Numbered from the stretch's first letter, positions 22,966 to 37,693 are shown. The stretch: 64,000 nucleotides of DNA from Pelomyxa schiedti (GCA_020536535.1 JAHLWZ010000855.1:1-64000), one strand, 5' to 3'. Numbers and translations are program-made. Notes: a model not told the origin generated them from the sequence alone.

Positions 22966-25243
22966 ATGCCGAAGGGTGCGCGTGTTGTGGAAGAAGACAG
23001 TGCGTACGAGGATGACGATCAGGGGGAAGAAACGGGATCTTCTTCGTCATCGTCGCCGTCGGGTTCGTCGTCTTCGGCGACGTCGTCGGGCGAGGAATCC
23101 GGTGCCAACGGAAAGGAGGAGATGTTGTCCAGCGAGAACGGAGATGACGAAGAGGACGAAGTGTCTGTTGTGGACAGCGAAGACTCGGGGGAGAGCAAGA
23201 AATCAAAGAAAGAGAGGAAAAAATGGAAGGCAGAGGGTGTGGTTCAGCCGCGCCCGAAAAAACGCAAGACTCCGGGCAGGGGCGCTACGCAGGCACGGCC
23301 AATAACAATCCCGGACCGCCGCGTGGGAAAAACGCAAAAGAAGGCACCAGTGTACTCTAATTCACCTCTCCAGTTCGCCCAGGAGATTGAACAACAGCAG
23401 GAAACTTCAAAAACTCCTTCCCCCATGTTGGCAGCAAAATCACCTCTTTCCAATACGCAAACACCTCAAAAAGTAACCTGTTATCGCTGCGAATGCGGGA
23501 AACAGTTCCCCACATCCCAACTCAAAGCTGCACACTGCAAATATTGCGAAATCTATATAACCAATAAGGGGTTGACAGGCCACGTCACACCGAAAAGAAC
23601 TACAAAAAAAACATCCACTCGTTCCCCATCACGACCCCGGGCAAAGTCCCAAGCAAAGAACTCCAGTAAGGCCGTGGCACCACTTAAGAATAGTTTACAA
23701 ACACCCAGTGAGCATCTTGATGGTAACCCTTCCACGGTACCTTCTTTCCTTTACTTCCATAATCATAGACCAGGATACAAACAGACCCCCGAGCCGACCG
23801 AATTACCGCCCACGCAAACCCCGCGAACGCCTCCCACAACGGGTGTGAATTCACAAGAGCAGGGCAAGGATGATCTGAGTAATTGCACACTCAGCAGTAA
23901 CAGTACAGAAAATGTTGACAAGGGTCCCCTCAGTAAGGAGACACCGATTACAGATATTGTCGACAAGGGTCCCCTCAGCACACTTGCCATTTCGTCTCCC
24001 CAACCTGTTGCAGATGACGAAATGGTTTTCTTCCTTCAGGCTTGTTACATCAATAACCTCATTTATTAGCATCTAGCAAGGTCTACACAGAGTACTTCAG
24101 TAGCAGTCTTATCTGTAATTCCCATCTCAGTTCGATCTATTGTTTGCTTAACACATTAGCCCTCTCCCCAACTTCCCGCAGATTTAGCTGAGAAACCGAA
24201 AGTATTAAATTTGTATCCCACACTATGTCCAGCATTGGGAACGATAAATGTAGAATCACAGGGAGAGTCACAAGAAATACCCCCAACACCAACGAAACCC
24301 ACAGCATCCAGCGTTGCGCCATCGACACCCTCTAGTCAATCATCACGCAACAAGACTACAAGCACACCACTCCGCAGCTCTAAAAAAAAACGCCCACCTA
24401 CAACCAAGAAGGGAACTGCACCTACTCCCCATCCACCGGCACCAAATCATGCGGCAACCAGTGGGGCGATACCCCTTCTGTCCTTCGCATCACTCCCGCT
24501 CTCAAGTTTATCCTCCATATCCATTCCGTCCACCCCTTCTACACATTCAGGACAATCCACAGTCTCCTCTGCTTTAGCATCGACCTCTACAGTAAATGTG
24601 GCACCCTCACCCTCACCCGGTCTTCCTTCTTCAGGAATGCGAGCAGCAGCTGTAGCAGCGGCAGCAGCAATTGCCTCTCCCAATTTACATGCACAACCAC
24701 ATGCAATATTTCCTCACATGCGGTTTACCAGAACACAACGCAACCGCACGCTTGAAAGACTTGAGGCAGAAAATGATCCCGCCGACAAAGAAAAGGTTGA
24801 TACAATGGTTGAAGATAGTGACAATATTGGAGGCAGCAGCAGCGAGGAAGATGAAACATTTAAGCTCTCTTCGTCGCAAAAAGCTTCGCAAAGCAAGAAA
24901 CACCGAGGAAGAAGAATGAGTTCAGCCACAGCAATACCAGGGTTGGACAAGCGACGTGTACGCGGGTTCATGACTCTTCTTGATGAATCCGCCTTTGAAT
25001 CACCTGGCAACCATGCCCCATCCTACTTGAATGCGGCCGCACGCCCGTCAGCACTTCCAAAGCGTCACTTCTGCGTAATGTGTGGATTCTTTGCTCCGTA
25101 CACTTGCACAAAGTGCGGTCTGAGGTACCATTTCTTCCACCCACCTGACTTGACCATTTGACTCCCCTGTTCGTAATAGGTACTGCTGCCATAAATGTAA
25201 CCAGCAGCACCTGGAAACACGCTGCAATAAGACAGTTCATTGA
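22966..25243 (+). CDS. ZNHIT1: HIT zinc-finger SWR1/SRCAP subunit (ZNHIT1/Swc6/Vps71) with long N-terminal extension
   Basis: RLEAEND..., PSYLNAAARPSALPKRHFCVMCGFFAPYTCTKCGLRYCCHKCNQQHLETRC. Three introns join it to ORF 22966, which carries acidic/basic tracts and CECGKQFPTSQLKAAHCKYC. Confidence 0.85.
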
Positions 25244-25562
25244 GTTCCAATCCAGTCGATGTGCACTTCTTGTAACCAAGGTTAGTTAGTCAGCCCAGCC
25301 AAACGGTTATTTTTCCCTTTTTTGGCCACATGAACGGTTGGAAAAGGAATCGCCCGAGAAACTTTGTTGATTGCCCCACTTTACTTGTAATTTTTTTCGT
25401 CCTACTTGAGCGGTACCGAATTTGTTGTGCAATGGTCGGTGCGCGGAAAATCCTAGGATGTCCGGTTTAAAGGCACAAAACTTTTGGTGTCTGTCATTTT
25501 TCATTTTTATTTGCAACCAAACACAACAAAAACCGTCGAGCAACACCCCTGCGTTTACAAAA

Positions 25563-26433
25563 ATGCAATACACTAAGGAGGAAGATCTCGATGCCATTAC
25601 GACGTCCTTGGTCATGCCACCAGACTTTGACGACAATTTCACCTACAGCGACGACCTACAGTGCTACGTGCCAAACAGAAGAGACAGACCAGACAAAATA
25701 CTGGAGGGTCTGTACCTGGGTGACCAATTGAACGCTTATAATCGCGAGGTTTGTTTGTTTTCTTGCTCTGGTTTTCGTAGTAGACTTACCGTACATCCAC
25801 TAGGTTTTGGAAGAGATTGGTATTACACACGTACTTTCAGTGGCAGAAATCGCCAACTTGGATGACCACTTATCCATGTTCGACCCTACAGTTCAGGTCG
25901 CCGCAATACAGTATGTTACCTCAAGTACTAAGTTTTTTTTTGCCGAATTCTGACTTTGCGTTTTCAAGACTTCCCGATGAAGCGTCGGCCGACATTTGCG
26001 TCTATTTTGACCAGGCTATTGCATTCATCCACGAGTGCATAGAGCAAGGAGGAAAAGTTTTGGTTCACTGTGTGTGGGGCATGAGCAGAAGTGCTACAAT
26101 AGTCGCTGCGTACGTGATGCAAGCCCTCGCTATGGAATGGCTGGTCGCACTGAGATGCGTGCAGCTTGAGAGGCCAGTAGTATTTCCCAACGTGGGATTC
26201 GCCAAACAGCTGGCAACTTTTGGCAACCTATTGCGGGAGAGACGCGCACACGAGAGGGCTATGAGGATAGCCTATCTCGAGACAAGCAAGCGCGATCTCC
26301 ACAAGTTCATGGACGAGGGACACTTCGGCGCCACAGAAGAAGACGACAGCAACGCCAACAACCTAGTGAGTGTAGACTGCTCAGGGAGGTGATGACACTG
26401 GAACATTTTGGATCCAAGGAAAACGGAGGTTGA
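25563..26433 (+). CDS. Dual-specificity protein phosphatase
   Basis: PDKILEGLYLGD, ITHVLSVAE, intact catalytic loop KVLVHCVWGMSRSATIVAAYVM and RPVVFPNVGF. Stop at 26433, or 26392 if the last intron is retained. Confidence 0.92.
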
Positions 26434-26597
26434 GTGATTCATCCTTCGTCAACCCTGTTGCTTCACCATCACCATTCACACCCCTGTCGATAGCACACAT
26501 TACCACCACACAATTTTGACTTCACCTGTAAGGCTGTCCAAACTTTATTTAATTCGTTTAAAGAAAAGAGCTTGTCAAAAAGCGTGCTTTTTCTTAT

Positions 26598-28639
26598 TTA
26601 ATTGAAAACATAAATATCGCCGTGTGCATTCAGGCTTACGAGCAAAAGGCCCTCCCCCTGAGTGTTTGGCACAAAGGAGGCTGCTAGTACGGTAGTGTTT
26701 CCAGGAACTACAAAAAAAGTTTGTTGCAAGGACAGTACTTGGGCTATTTACCGGGTATTTGTTGGCTGCACTGTGCATGACGTGAGGTTTTTCTTATTGG
26801 CACTTGGTTTCCCCACAAATGAATGCAACCATTCTCGGATCCGCATGCAATGTGCTTTCCATTATTACTTTGAGGGGTTAGCCAGAGTTTGATAATTCGG
26901 TCTTAGAACCTAACAGAGGCGGAGAGATGTAAATCACCACTGGTGAAACCCTTATACTTGGATATAAGCTCCAATCCAGTTCCATCACGGGAATAAAGAC
27001 GAAGCCTTGAATCAGAGCTGGTGGATAAAACCTAAAGACTTTACTAAATTGGTATAAACTCAGTGGCTAAGTTAACATAGAAACTAGCTTCACTCTGGAT
27101 TCTAACAACTCGTAAGCCTGTAATCTTGCGCATCTGTTGTGTGATCCCTTTTTTCCTTGATGAGAAGCCCTTTTTTCCTTCAATTTTAAGGGGCAACTAA
27201 TGGGGATTGTTATGAGATGTGAGAGACAAGAGTAAATACGCACTGATAAATTGCATAACAAGAGATTTCCACTTACAGAGCCCAGGATTGCTAAACTTCC
27301 TCCAGGAGCTATCGTGAGGGCTAAGTACTTGTAAACAGTGGAGAAATCTTATTTTCTGTGTACCAGTCACACTTTCATCCACGATTTCAGATGCAATCAG
27401 TGAGCCGTCTGTTATATTCCATAGTCTTAATCTACGTCAAATGAGACAGACAATTTGGGTAATTCTATGTTGCAGGGACCTGTTGTCTAAACAACTCGTC
27501 AGTAAGGCATGGTCAGCCTGTCAGAAGATTAGAAAATCTAAGCAAAAATATGCAGTACAGATGCGCAAAATGCTGCACAAGTTGGTATTTCAGGGTGATC
27601 AAAGATTCCCACACAAATCCCCAAAGAGATATTCCAGACTCTCACAGTCTTATCCATTGACGCTGAAGCAACTAAATGCTGTTTGACTAGTTAGGTATAG
27701 GTTTGTGACAGAACTTGCATTACCGAACTCCAAGCTATGGTCACAATACAGTCTGTGTGTTGGCGAAATATACATTTCGGTTCTCTCTTGAAAAATCTTC
27801 CTTGAAGCACACAAGGAGTGTCTAAAAATCCGTAACAGAGCGAAGCAAAGAGAAAGAAGTTACTGGCGGAGCTTCCATTATGCACTGACCGTGGTTCTGA
27901 AGTGAGCCGTTCCCATATTTTTAAAGTGCCTTTACTACGTGTGGTATGAGGTAAAGTGGATGTAGTTTTCACGACTTACCATCCATGTCCAGATGTAGCG
28001 AGGAATGTACCAGTAGGGTCCCACTCTAGTATTCCTACTGTTAATGATGAGTCACCTCTTGTACCTATTAAATGTCATAATGGAAGAAATAAAAGCTGAG
28101 AACCTGGGATATAGTCGAGTACTTCAGAGGGAACAGGAGTGATCTGAGGAGAGACGTGTCTCCGAGTAAATAATGGAAAAGATTTGGTGGGTGTGCAGAT
28201 AGATTTCAGTATGGGGTTGAGCAGAGACTGGGGAATGTGAGATGAGTCAGCTATATTTGTGCTATCATCTGGAATTGCAGAAATTTCAGGCGTTGGCAAA
28301 TGGCACACAGCATTTTCAATTCGAACAAGTTCGCCCTTGTCTGTCGCACAGGAGAGTGAGAGCTGCTTCACTTGACAGAAGAAAAAGGCAACCAGTAACA
28401 TAGAAGACATCACCGGTGTCAAGATTCTTGATTATTCTGCTGGGATCTGTGCTGAATTTTGCCCACAATACTTCGTCCGTTTGTAGAGTGTTTGTTTCAA
28501 CTTTTGTCACAGATCTCACTGTGCAAGTTGTAGTAGTTGTCGTTGTTGCTTCCTCGGCGTATGTTTCTGCAGGGGAACCACACGATGCGCATTCATAAGT
28601 CTCATCCACACACTCGTAGTCCTCATTGCGTTGCGACAT
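26598..28639 (-). CDS. WD40-repeat protein, WDR44-like
   Basis: IIKNLDTG, FKREPKCIFRQHTDCIVTIAWS, SASMDKTVRLWNI and GKHIACGSENGCIHLW. Multi-exon, stop TAA at 26598-26600. Confidence 0.8.
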
Positions 28640-28811
28640 TTTTTATCAAAAAATGAAGAACCTCGCATCGTAAGGGCAATAATGACACAACACAACGTGT
28701 CTCCCAGTTTTCTCTTTCATTTTTTTGTTTTTAGCTGTTTAGCAAAAAAAGCTAAATACAAAAAACTTTTTTATTTAGCGCGTTTCTGCTTGGAAGAAGA
28801 GAAACGTTCGG

Positions 28812-31800
28812 TCACAGTGCTGAGTGCAGAGGTTGGGGAGAACCAAGGGAAGTAGGGGTGACAGAGGGGGAATTTGGTGTGGATGATGGTGCATGGTGCG
28901 TAGAAAGTGCCGAGGTGTTTATCTGAGATGGTGACGGAACTGGCGGCAACGGCGGGGGTTCCTCTGCGTTCTGTCGTTTTTGTGCCTGTGACTGCGAGTT
29001 CGAGCTAGAACTCGCATGCGTATGTGAATGCGAATGAGAACGCGAACGGGGTTGGGTCTGCTGAGGCTGTGTTGTTGGTGGAGGCGGCGGCGGCTGTTGT
29101 GGTTGCTGTGGTGGAGGAAGCGTGGGAGTGAGTGTGCGGGAAGGTCCTGTGGTAGTAGTATTATTATTGGCACTTGGTTGCGTTTGGTTGCCGGTTGTTG
29201 TTCCTGTTGTTGTTGGTGGTGTTGGTGTTGTTGTTGTTGGTGGTTGTGTGGATGAAGATAGGGTTGCTGTTGCTGATGGTGATGATGATGGTGTTGTTGT
29301 TGATGATGGAGATTGTGATGGGGATGGTGGTGATAATAAAGATGTGGTGATTGATTGCGAAGGTGGGGCTTTGGGTGGGGGCGGAGGTGGGGGAGGGGTA
29401 GGTGTTGGCGTGGACGGGGGAGGTGGTGGTGCTATGGATTTTTGTGATGCAATCACTAGTGAGGTGGCTGATGCTATCACTGATGTGGTGGGGTGACTGG
29501 GATAAGGGCTGGTTGTTGGTGTGGGTGTGGGTGTGGTTGTTCCTAATGGTGCAGATGAAGTTCCGGTGCTGCTGGGTGTGGGAGGTGGTTTGGGCGTGGA
29601 TGCCACTGGTGTTGGGTGTGAAAAAGCGGTCGCAGCAGATGGTGATATTTGGGTTGATTGCGCTGAAATGCTAGGTACAGCAACTGGTGAAGATGACAGT
29701 GTTGACTCGGATTGTGCCGTTGTAGTACTGGATTCTGGCGTTGATGTTACTGGTGTACCACTATCTGCTTGTGATGTAATTTGAGAGAATACATCTGCTG
29801 TTGGGAAAAGAAGTTTCCGCATTTGCTATTGGGGGAAAAAAAAAATAAGAGGAGGAAAAAATGGCGGGTACCGTACCAAGCAAAAATCTCTGTCATCTCG
29901 CATAAGACTTAATAAATACTCCTTGAACCGTGCCTGAGCCACAATGGGGTCTGCTCCCATACAAGTAAATGCTGAAGGGCAAAGAGCAGGGCCAGTGGGA
30001 GAACTTGCATCATCCTTGTGGCCGCGGACATGCCTTAGGCCAGCAAGGAGAATATTTGATCCCACTTTTGCAGTTTGTACTAAGTAATACTGTGAGGTTA
30101 ACATAGGCTCAAATAAACATACACTTGAAATCAGCCTTGGTGGAGGATGCACTTTTTACTTTCGCTTTCACCTCGTCAGTTGAGTCCTGTGTCAGCTGCT
30201 GTTCTTTGACCATCTTTTGTTTCTCTTCTGCAGAAACCCAAAGACGGTGAATATACTTGTTTCGAATAAACTCTTCACGCATCTCCCTGAATGGGGTTTG
30301 GTTTGTTATTGGCGAAGGAGAAAAAGAACCTGGGTGAATTGCGTGTTGGACGAGCTACAGATTCTGGACGAGTGCACTCAAAAAATTCATTAGAATTCTT
30401 ATTTCCCATTTTTTTCATCACCTATATGCCCTTAGTTGTGTGCCATAAAAGGCATTACTCAACTGAAAGAAATTCCTCTGGCCATTCATCTAGTCCAACT
30501 GATCTAACTTTTGAATAGCGAACCCCCATACTACGATGAACACCAGAACAATCTTGATTTAATAAAAATGACTGCAAGCACTAGCATTCAAACTCACCAA
30601 TGCAAATGAAAGTCCCAAATGTGACAGAAGCCCAACAGGGGTCTATCTGTGTGAGTGGTACGATTGCTTTTTGGAAGCACACCTGTAGAATCACAGTCCG
30701 CACAAGTTTTGTTTTCTGGGAGGGTAAGTAGTTCCTGGAGTGCAGCAAAACTGGAGGGTCTTTCTTGGTGAATCGTACCTGGTCCTTCCTAATAGAGGTT
30801 TTCCCCCTTTGGTAATACTGCGTCATACCTTCTCACCCATTGATGTCAACATAAGATTTTCACAAACACCCGAAACTGCAATCTGCCATTCAAGGGTCTC
30901 TGTGTCACTGTAGGCTTTTAAAAAATACCTCAAATAAGAAGCAATCTCACTTGGAAGCCATGATAGTAATATTGCCAGTGTTAGTTACAACTTCAAAGGC
31001 ATTGCGGTTATTCCTTATCGTTGGTTTCACAATCGAGAATGCAAGTGATACCGCGGTTACATATTCTGGGGTTGCCTCCTTCCAATGGTTAGAGTACTTC
31101 TCCTTCATTCTTGTTTTACCTCAGCGTACTTTTCCTTAACAAAAATGATTTCGGATTCACTCAAACGAGCTGATCTTCTCTTCCATCGCTTTTTATGTTC
31201 TTTGAGTTGTACAATGCCTACTTTTTTATATACAGCAGGCAGGAGAGATGTAGTCTTTGGACACATTTCCCATTAGTAAGGTTAAATACGATGTCAATAA
31301 ACCTTCACTTTCTGATCATCTTCACCTGTATTCAATTCATCAATCTCAAAAAAATTTCTGGAGTTAAATACCTGACCCAAGGCGTAACATCTTTTTAAAT
31401 CTCTGTATCTTGGCTGAAGTACCCCCACTTTCGGAGTCCATATCCTAACAATTAAGTTACAAGGGGAAAAGGTAGAACAGCGTTGTTGAATTCACTTTAG
31501 TTGTTATCCAATGAATTAATTGTGTGCTTAGAAGGACATAATTAAACTTTTCGATCATTTTCAAAATCGTGATGGGCATCATCCATATCCGTCATTTCGG
31601 TATGTGAGTTCTCTGGATCCATGACATCAAGTTCCAGCTCGTTCCAAGGTAAAGCCATACCCGTAGAGGTTGCTTGGGTGAGGGAATCTTGTGTGGAAAT
31701 TTTTGAAGTATTAGCATGTGAGGGAACAGGTGACGGAGGCACATTATGATGAGATTCTATAAGAAATACACCTGTGAGTAATGGATAACATGTTGAAATG

Positions 31801-33396
31801 CATACTAGAGTGTTCATCAGAATATATATCTATTTTCTGTGGTGGTGGGTGGGATGGAACAGGCGGAGGGATTGGTGGCAAAAGGTGCATTACTTCGTGT
31901 ATGTCCTTGATAATTTTATTACTGGGGACTGGTGGTTGACTTGTTGGTACTGGTGGGGTGGAAGGTACTGTTGTTGTTGCAGCGGGAGACGCAGTTACCT
32001 GCACAGCAGGTACATTGGAATTAGTTGGGGGATGGGGTATGTACACAATACTTCCACTTGGCAGTGGAGGAAGAGGAGGATGACTAACTGGAGAAGGTGG
32101 ACGAAGGGCATCGGTTCCTTCCCGTGTGTGTCGAGGGGAGTGAGGATGAGAGCGGGGTGAGATCATGGTAGACGCCGCATCATTTGTGGCAGGAGTGGAT
32201 CGCGCCTGGAGTGTAACCTGTGAGAGAGTTTGCAGAGGTTGGACTTGGGGTGGAGGGGGCGGTTGTTGCTGTGGTGGTGGCGGCTGCTGTGAAGGAGATT
32301 GTTGTGACTGTTGAGGTGACTGCGGAGAAATATGCGCAGTCATGCTAGGAGCACTGCCCTGACGCCCTGATGAGGAAAGACTCCCAGAGGTTATTGCACT
32401 TAGCATAGAAGTAGAATTTGACAAGGTAGGCGCAAAGCTGATCGAGCGGTTAAGACTTGGCTTAGAGCCAACCTCTGGAGGGGATGTCTCTACAATGAAA
32501 TCTTCAGCAGACAGACTTAGTCTCTCTGGACGAGGTGCTGTATAGTCAGCTGTGGCTAGAGAAACCTTTGGTATTACTTGAGCACGAGGGCTCTGAGTTT
32601 GTTGCTGACCTGTGTGTGAGATGTTTGTTGGGGGAGGGGGTGGAGGTATAGCAGGAGGTGGAGGTGTGTTGGTTCCTGTTGTCTGTGTTGCAGCTGGGGC
32701 ACTTGGTTGGGATGGTGGAAAGAGTGATACAACATTTGCTCCAGAGTATGGGGATGCAGGCAAGTGCTGCTGGTGAGTAGGCTGTGGCAGGGTAGATGTG
32801 CCGGGCAGACCCCGGGTTGGTGAATGTGGAGGTGTTGGTGGTAAAGGGAGTGATAGAGGTTCCAAGTGATCCCTTATTTCTCCCGGTCTGTAGCCTGTTT
32901 TTCTTAAATGTAAGGAAATATATTTATATACACATGTCTCTATAAATAACAAGGGACTGTCGTGTTTTAGTTTTAGATGTTTCTTCAGTTTAAAATTTTT
33001 TTTGAGTGATGTTTTTGTGTGAATGAGTTAACCACTTGAACGGGAGCGCTGGTGATGAGGCGTGGCAGGCAGCGACGAGGAGGGCATCCCTCCACGTGCC
33101 CCAGGCAGCCCAGTGCGAGACACGTGGCCAGAACTAGACCCCCCAATGCTGCCACTTGCACTACCGCCATTAATACCACCACCACCGTCGCCGCTGGTGC
33201 AGTTGCTGCTGATGGCGTCAGCTTGTTGTTGTTGTTGTTGTTGTTGCTGCTCCTGCTTATGAGGAGGGGGGGGAGGCGGCGGGGAAGGCGGGGGCACGGA
33301 GGGGGAGCCCGTGGGGTGCGAGTGTCGCTGCCTCAGCATCTGTTGTTGCAGGAGCTGCTGTTGCTGCATCAACATTTGTTGTTGCTCCTGCGACAT
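28812..33396 (-). CDS. PH-domain ArfGAP with long Pro/Gln/Thr-rich termini
   Basis: PH domain: [11 protein letters not shown]...NAFEVVT...EWQIAV. ArfGAP domain: [51 protein letters not shown]...REEFIRNKY, with the zinc finger and catalytic Arg intact. Confidence 0.9.
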
Positions 33397-33651
33397 TTTT
33401 CCGTGCTTGCTTGTTTTTTTTTTTCAGAGAAAAAGGGGGGGGCGGAAAAGCGAGAACTCTTAAACGAAAGAAGTTTTTTTTTTTTGGTTTTTTTTTTCTT
33501 TTTCATGAGGATGTTTGGGTGTTGGGGATAGGCTATCTACCCCCAACCATAAGTTACTTTTTATGCTGTACTGACAATACAAAGAATGCTTGGGTTGTGT
33601 ATACACATGGTCCAGTGGTGCTGGTGGTTTGTACGGTGAACACTTGTGGTG

Positions 33652-35941
33652 TTATCTTCCAAAGAGCTTCACGGACTGAAGTACTACAAGAACTTCAGAA
33701 AACGTGGGCTGGCCTTCCCTTTGACAGCACCGGTAGACAGTTTCTTGAAGAGCAGGGGGCCACTGTGTAGGGAGCTTGAAGTACTTCCTGTTTTGTGTCA
33801 CATTTTGAAGCAATTTGAGAGTGTACGAACCGAATATTCTGTTTCCAGTGGGTATCTGGGACTCCCGGGAAGTCCTTTGCAACTTTAAAAAACACTCGCG
33901 TGCCAGTCATTATCTCCAGCGCCATTATTCCCCAAGAATATACATCCCCTTTGATCGTTGACTGCAGCTCTTGCCAAGACTCTGGGGGAGTATACCTATG
34001 TGCACATGTTAACGAAATGTTACTTCATGCTGTGAAACACACGCTTGGGTGCCATAGCCATTGTTCACAGCAGCTGCGTCTTCCAGGTCACTTGTATGCA
34101 TTGCGATGCCGAAGTCGGAAAGCTTTAGATCGAAATTTGCTTTATTCATGACGAGAATATCTAAATAGAGATGAATTTCTTGCTTTTTTTTTAGGAAGGA
34201 ATTACTCTCTGGCTTCAAGTCTCTGTGCACAATATCTCGACTGTGAACAGTTTTCATCACGAGACACGTCTGTAATTTAAGGTAAATTTATGTCTTTTAG
34301 GTTTTGTATCGTACCTTGATAAGGAGAGCCAGTGCCAATTTCATATTTATTGGTTTGTAGAATGGTTGAAATATTATCTTATCTAGTGAGCCTCCTGCAC
34401 ACCACTCGGTCACCATCCCTGTGGTTTTTTTGTTAATGGTTTTTCAATATCCAAGTTCGCCATACATATTCCACCACGTTTGCATGGGTTGCAACTTAGT
34501 CCCACAAAGTGAAGAACTGAGGGTTCGTTTGCAAGTTCGTTTAGTGTAAGCATTTCTTGCAAGAAAAGAAGCTTTGCAAAAGCAGAAGCGGTTCTATCTT
34601 CACGAAGCCTAAATTGTGTAACTAGAGAGGAAATGAAATAATGCTTTACCGTTTCAAAGCCACTGGTTTAGAGTTGTGTACAGCCAACCAAACTTCACCA
34701 AAACTCCCTGTCCCAAGCTAGAATATACCATTAGCACAAGAGCCAAAAAAAAAAATACATACAAGTTGCATTGATTTTATAGATGCACAATCTAGTACAG
34801 TTCCACTGTTCATTAAGCGTTTTGCTGAGTGTATCAATTTATCTACTGTGGGGGCTTGCGACTTTACAGTATCCAAAGTGTAGAACAAGTCTCGCACTTG
34901 TCCAGGAGATACTTTGGAGAATAAAAATCCGTGCCAGTCGTGGGTGATGACCAGCAGTTGTTGGGAAACCCTATGAGATGTTGATCCAAGTTGGAAATGA
35001 AAATGGCTCTGAACACACATGTGCAACGTGGCATGCTGCGTAATGGGAACCAGTTGCGTGAAGGTTTTTCCGTCAATGTCACTGTGATTGATGGTAATGC
35101 CTGTGTTTGCTGCTAAGTGATATACAAAATGTTGCATGGAACTTACCAAGGTCAGAGACAGAAATGAGTGCGAAATAGGTACTCATTGCAGAGAATTCGT
35201 CCTGTGCTACAACACCACACTGAACTTGGCACATTTGAGTAGGAAGAACTGTCAGGCTTGGGAACAGGTTGTCCAAGAGTGATGCCTCTTCAGTAGAATT
35301 CATCACTAGGAGACAACATGTCAGCTTTTTCAAAAAAAACAGTTCGGTGAAGTGTACTTGAAAAAATTTCTTCCCTGGCTCTTACAGCCTTAGGTTTTAG
35401 ACTGCTCACTGCCAGTTCTTAGCAAGAAGAGAAGCGAGTAAAGAAAAGAACCTGCAGATTTCACATCATTCCACGAATCAGATCTCACAGTCACGCCGGC
35501 GCCAACCAACGCGTTCACGACCTTAGGGTTTCCAATTCGTAAGGCGGCATCGATCAGTCCCTCGTTTTCTCGGCTGTTACAATGTCCCACAATTGCACTG
35601 GCGATGGACGAGTGCTCCGCGGCGATGGCAGCGCCAAGAGACCGAGCGAGGACGTCGTTGTCGATGGTGGTACTAGCCTTGAGGATATCTAACATGGAGG
35701 CCATATCTCCTTGGCAGCAGGCAGTGACCAAATCACTGCCTGCTCCCGCTGCACCAGATGCAGTTATGGGTTCGCTTTCACTCTCGTGGTGATGGCGGTG
35801 CCGGTGATGGTGCTTGTGATGATGTCGTCGGCGGTGCTCGTCATGGCTGGGCTCATGGTGGGACTTGGTTGTTCTTGTACCATAAGTGCCGGGTGCTGGG
35901 GAAGGGGACTGCATGCTATCAGCTTCGTGTGGTTTTGTCAT
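33652..35941 (-). CDS. TKL-group protein kinase with N-terminal ankyrin-like repeats
   Basis: LGQGSFGEVWLA, VALK, HRDLKPE, LKLSDFGIA, YTPPES and GDVYSWGIMALE. Ankyrin-like IDAALRIGNPKVVNALVGAGV and a His-rich N-terminus. Confidence 0.9.
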
Positions 35942-36139
35942 TTGGTGCTTGGTTGGTTGATTGATTACTCCTTTGGCTGCTTCAAAGACCTGTTTTTTCG
36001 TTTGTTCTTCGTGCCTTTTTTTTATTGAACAGCAGTTCTTCTGAGACGGTAATTTTCCGATTCCCAGCCAACTTTCTACCGATTTGCCCGCTGTTTGGTG
36101 CCAGTTTTCGTCCAGCTTTCCCTATCCAGGTTTGAACAG

Positions 36140-37693
36140 TGCATGAGTTGATTACAGCAGTTGCCGTAAATGTTGTTACATGCTTGATAATTGATACTTG
36201 GGTTTGGATTAAATAATCAAGAGACCAGAACGTGTCATCTGCCGGTTTCCACTACAGTGCCGTCTGCCCTCCCTTTTGGCCCTGGATGCAATAAAGATCT
36301 TTCACTCACCCTTCATTGTGATATCTCACCGGTAGCTCCACCACAAGTGACTGTTAGTTGTTCCCTCTTACATCATACCTTCATGCATGAATTGAGAAAT
36401 GCTTCTCATGCTCTTGTTTCAACTCACTCAGCTTTTATGCATTTTGGGAACCCTCCCGAACGGTGTCCCAAGTTGGTGGCAAAGAAACAAGGAACCGTGA
36501 TTATTGACTAATCAGTGTGTTGTTGCGGTAAATGAAGGTGCCCGGGTGGGGAAGCGGATCATTATGGGAGGTGATGAGTCAGAGTGGGATGCGTGTGTGC
36601 ATATCAGATGGGAATCACCAGGAAAGCAAACCCGGTTGACGTTTGTTGGAATATAATCTCCGGATCTCAGGCAAATAGAGGTAAAGGCAAATCTCTGTGG
36701 TTGTATGTGAGTTTTAACAGACAGCAATCAAGTGCATTGTGGTTTTTGTACTGATTTACAATGTAACAATATTTAGAAACAAAAAGCATGTAACCTTTGG
36801 GAAATTTATATTTGCGTATCTACGTCAATCACGTTAAGTTTATTGGAAATGCTGCTTATGGAAAACAAATCATCAACTTAGAGAGGTGGTGTTTGTGAGA
36901 GATAGCTGAGACAATACAGGTAGAAGGCTACGTCTATCCGCACTCAAACTCAGTACTGACACCGTGAGCTGTGCGTCACCGTCGTCACCACCAGGTACAC
37001 CAGCACAGATTCCACCAACACAGGTTGTTGTTCCTGCTTCTGCGGCAGGTTCGGCTACAAAAACCAACAACAGCTTGCTGCCTTCACCACCACAGTCACC
37101 GGTTGGGTTGGTTCATCCAGGAACGAGCACAACGCCGTCGCTTGTTCCTACAGCGATCACCACACCCAGTGTCGGTGCACGTTCTACTACTGGCAGCCTA
37201 TTTACAACACCACCAACCTTTCCCAAGCCGATGTCGGCACTTACGGCAGATCTCAAAATTGGTGGTTTCCGAAAGCCTTTGACCCCTGCAAGAACAAGCG
37301 TGACTGCAGCTACGCAACCGCAGCAACAAATACCTTCCTCAAGCACTCCTTTGGTGGCATCAACAACACCAACCCCAGCCCCAAAATCGCAAACACCAAT
37401 CTCGGTGGTTGGCAACCAAGTCCCGTATTTCCGCCAAACAACTCCTCCCAATACCACCACAATTCCCAAGATCCCAACAACGCCGATAAGTCGATGGCCT
37501 GCTGGACCAAGGCATGCTCTGTGGCGGCAGAAGCCTTCCCCGAGGATAACACCACGGCCAACAATTTACCCGGTAAACACCTCATCTCCCCTTCACTTCT
37601 TGTTACACTAACATGAATATTCAGACTGACAAATCGACTCCTGAGCGTCCTGCCGATGCCGATGCCGATGCCGGTGCTCGCTCCGACAACTGA
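36140..37693 (+). CDS. Hypothetical multi-exon protein with Pro/Thr-rich C-terminal region
   Basis: ORF 36964-37611 can be extended upstream through several short GT-AG-bounded exons. No start codon was identified and the upstream model is tentative. Confidence 0.45.

Noticed and set aside
36785-36840. Apparent in-frame TAA suggesting readthrough or a variant genetic code
   Set aside because: It can be removed by a GT-AG intron, and TAA, TAG and TGA all act as stops elsewhere in the window.
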